DNA of 62,805 bases, counting the filler, from Rhabdomonas costata (taxonomy: Eukaryota), in the NCBI GenBank assembly GCA_019059605.1. It is 28 parts of 28 records of this genome, joined end to end, with 100 filler letters (N's around TTAATTAATTAA, not from the genome) between each part and the next. Parts side by side here need not be neighbours in the genome. Positions count along the whole stretch, not along the records: positions 60,660 to 62,805 come from JAHMHO010005286.1; 27 more parts are not named here. One strand, written 5' to 3'. A model generated the notes under the pieces. The model was not told where the DNA came from. It saw nothing but the letters and a program-made list of their open reading frames with translations, and made no database searches. The position numbers were made by a program, and so were the translations under genes. This document shows positions 61,700-62,805 of this stretch, piece after piece (the stretch's first letter is position 1; each line of letters begins with the position of its first letter).

Positions 61700-62450
61700 G
61701 ACAAAAATCAATTTGACTTACTCCTTTTGAATGATAGTGCATCAAAAATGTTGATAAAGTTGGCCGATCCCGTGCAAACTGCAGCATGTGTGTGGGTAAG
61801 CAACACCCAAATCGTTAATTGCACGTTGTACACCCGTGACTGCACATGACGCTAGGACGCTCCAAAATGGCACCGACGTGGATAAGAAGGTACAGCACTG
61901 CAATAAGGCAAATCGGACAGCCGTCAAGGATAATTCGCCACATAAGGCAAAAGTGGGCAAACGATTCCAAAGCTTAGTTTTAGGCAATGAGTTTATTAGC
62001 AAATGTTTCAAGAGTTTTTTCCTATCAATTTAGGAGCAGAAAAGACATCCAGACAGCAAATCCACTGCCAATAAGTTCACATTGTGCAGAAAGTGAGGGA
62101 GGGCATGTAAAAAGACTGCGAAATACCCAAGTTGACACATTTTCTACAGATATAAAGTGGAGGCTTCGGGCTTCAGTGCCCTCCTGTGCTTCTGCGTGTT
62201 GCAAAACATCACGTCACTCCGCGGCAGAAGTCAAGAGTCAGCACCGTGCAGGCAAAGCAGGCGAAGGTGAGAAGAAGAAAAGATAACACGGGGGGACAAA
62301 TAGAAACATGGAACACGCGCGCAAACTTGGTTTGGTGGTTAGTGAGCGTGGGCAATGCACACATGCCAGGGACAAGGCCTGCGTGTCCTGCGTGCGTCCT
62401 TCAAATGGAGTAGACGCTCGGCTTGGACATCTGCACGGAAGCGTCTTTGT
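61700..62450 (+). mobile_element. Possible decayed non-LTR retrotransposon C-terminal relic
   Basis: Stop-riddled words TIPKLSF, GGFGLQ and CPAC...LGH resemble LINE post-RT motifs. Weak. Confidence 0.25.
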
Positions 62451-62805
62451 CGGAGACATGGAAACTCTCTGGTGTCCCGTACTGCGTGGCGAAGACGCTC
62501 GTGATGCTGGCTCTGCTTCGTGGTGGCTGCGAGGTGGCGAGGCTGTGCAGGTTTGGTTCTCCTCAGCCTGGTCCAGGGAAACCCTTGACACCTTTCAGCG
62601 TGTATTGAGATCGATCTCCGCAAAGGGGTATCCAGAGCCCGTCCGGAGGCTTTTGGACCCATGAGTGTTAGCGGGGAAGTGACGACGTCTTGAGTTCTGA
62701 GTTCTCTCTTCTTGAGTCCTGAGTTCCCTCTTCTCTCTTCTAGGGGCCCCACGAACGCAGTGAGTGGGGATAGTAGGAAGGATGGCCGTAGCGCAGCGAA
62801 GGACA

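Larger units (their letters stand above)
1..62805. other. Artificial pseudo-scaffold: 28 unlinked ~2.15-kb contigs joined by 100-nt N/TTAATTAATTAA/N spacers
   Basis: Identical spacers with a six-frame stop linker, e.g. 2148-2247, 4397-4496, 6646-6745, 8895-8994 ... 60560-60659. Contig lengths are 2139-2149 and decline slowly. Genes are cut mid-exon at spacers. Confidence 0.98.

Noticed and set aside
1..62805. Gene-sized nanochromosomes with telomeres (uniform ~2.15-kb pieces with GT/CA ends)
   Set aside because: The G/T-rich strand is at the 5' ends (opposite to telomere polarity), the tails are irregular, genes are cut mid-exon, and uniform length is explained by size-sorted concatenation.

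Overview
This is not one locus. It is an artificial concatenation of 28 unlinked contigs of about 2.14-2.15 kb, roughly sorted by decreasing length. They are joined by 100-nt spacers (44 N + TTAATTAATTAA + 44 N), so nothing can be inferred about neighbourhood across spacers. Many contig ends carry G/T-only 5' and C/A-only 3' tails and fold-back hairpins typical of GenomePlex-type whole-genome amplification. The DNA comes from an intron-rich eukaryote. A GTNYGY-like donor consensus, GC-AG introns, acceptor-like sites just upstream of start codons and the gene content suggest a euglenozoan/euglenid-like protist (inference). Spliced gene fragments I could reconstruct in frame include propionyl-CoA carboxylase beta, U2AF35, WASH1, an insulinase (M16A) C-terminus, an ABCG transporter, an RBR E3 ligase, Kelch, B-box, vWA-associated and Cys-rich surface proteins. 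Decayed mobile elements include Merlin/IS1595-type, Penelope-like, Ty3/gypsy and probable LINE relics. The most interesting signals are: (i) a receptor ectodomain built of at least 3-4 tandem ~105-aa Cache-like repeats, within a high density of prokaryote-style signalling modules (5 of 28 contigs); (ii) a bacterial-type GWSQGG hydrolase that has acquired spliceosomal introns; (iii) an uncharacterised 'LYLHTKG' glycosyltransferase-like protein; and (iv) the non-standard splice-donor grammar. No multi-gene system can be claimed from this window.
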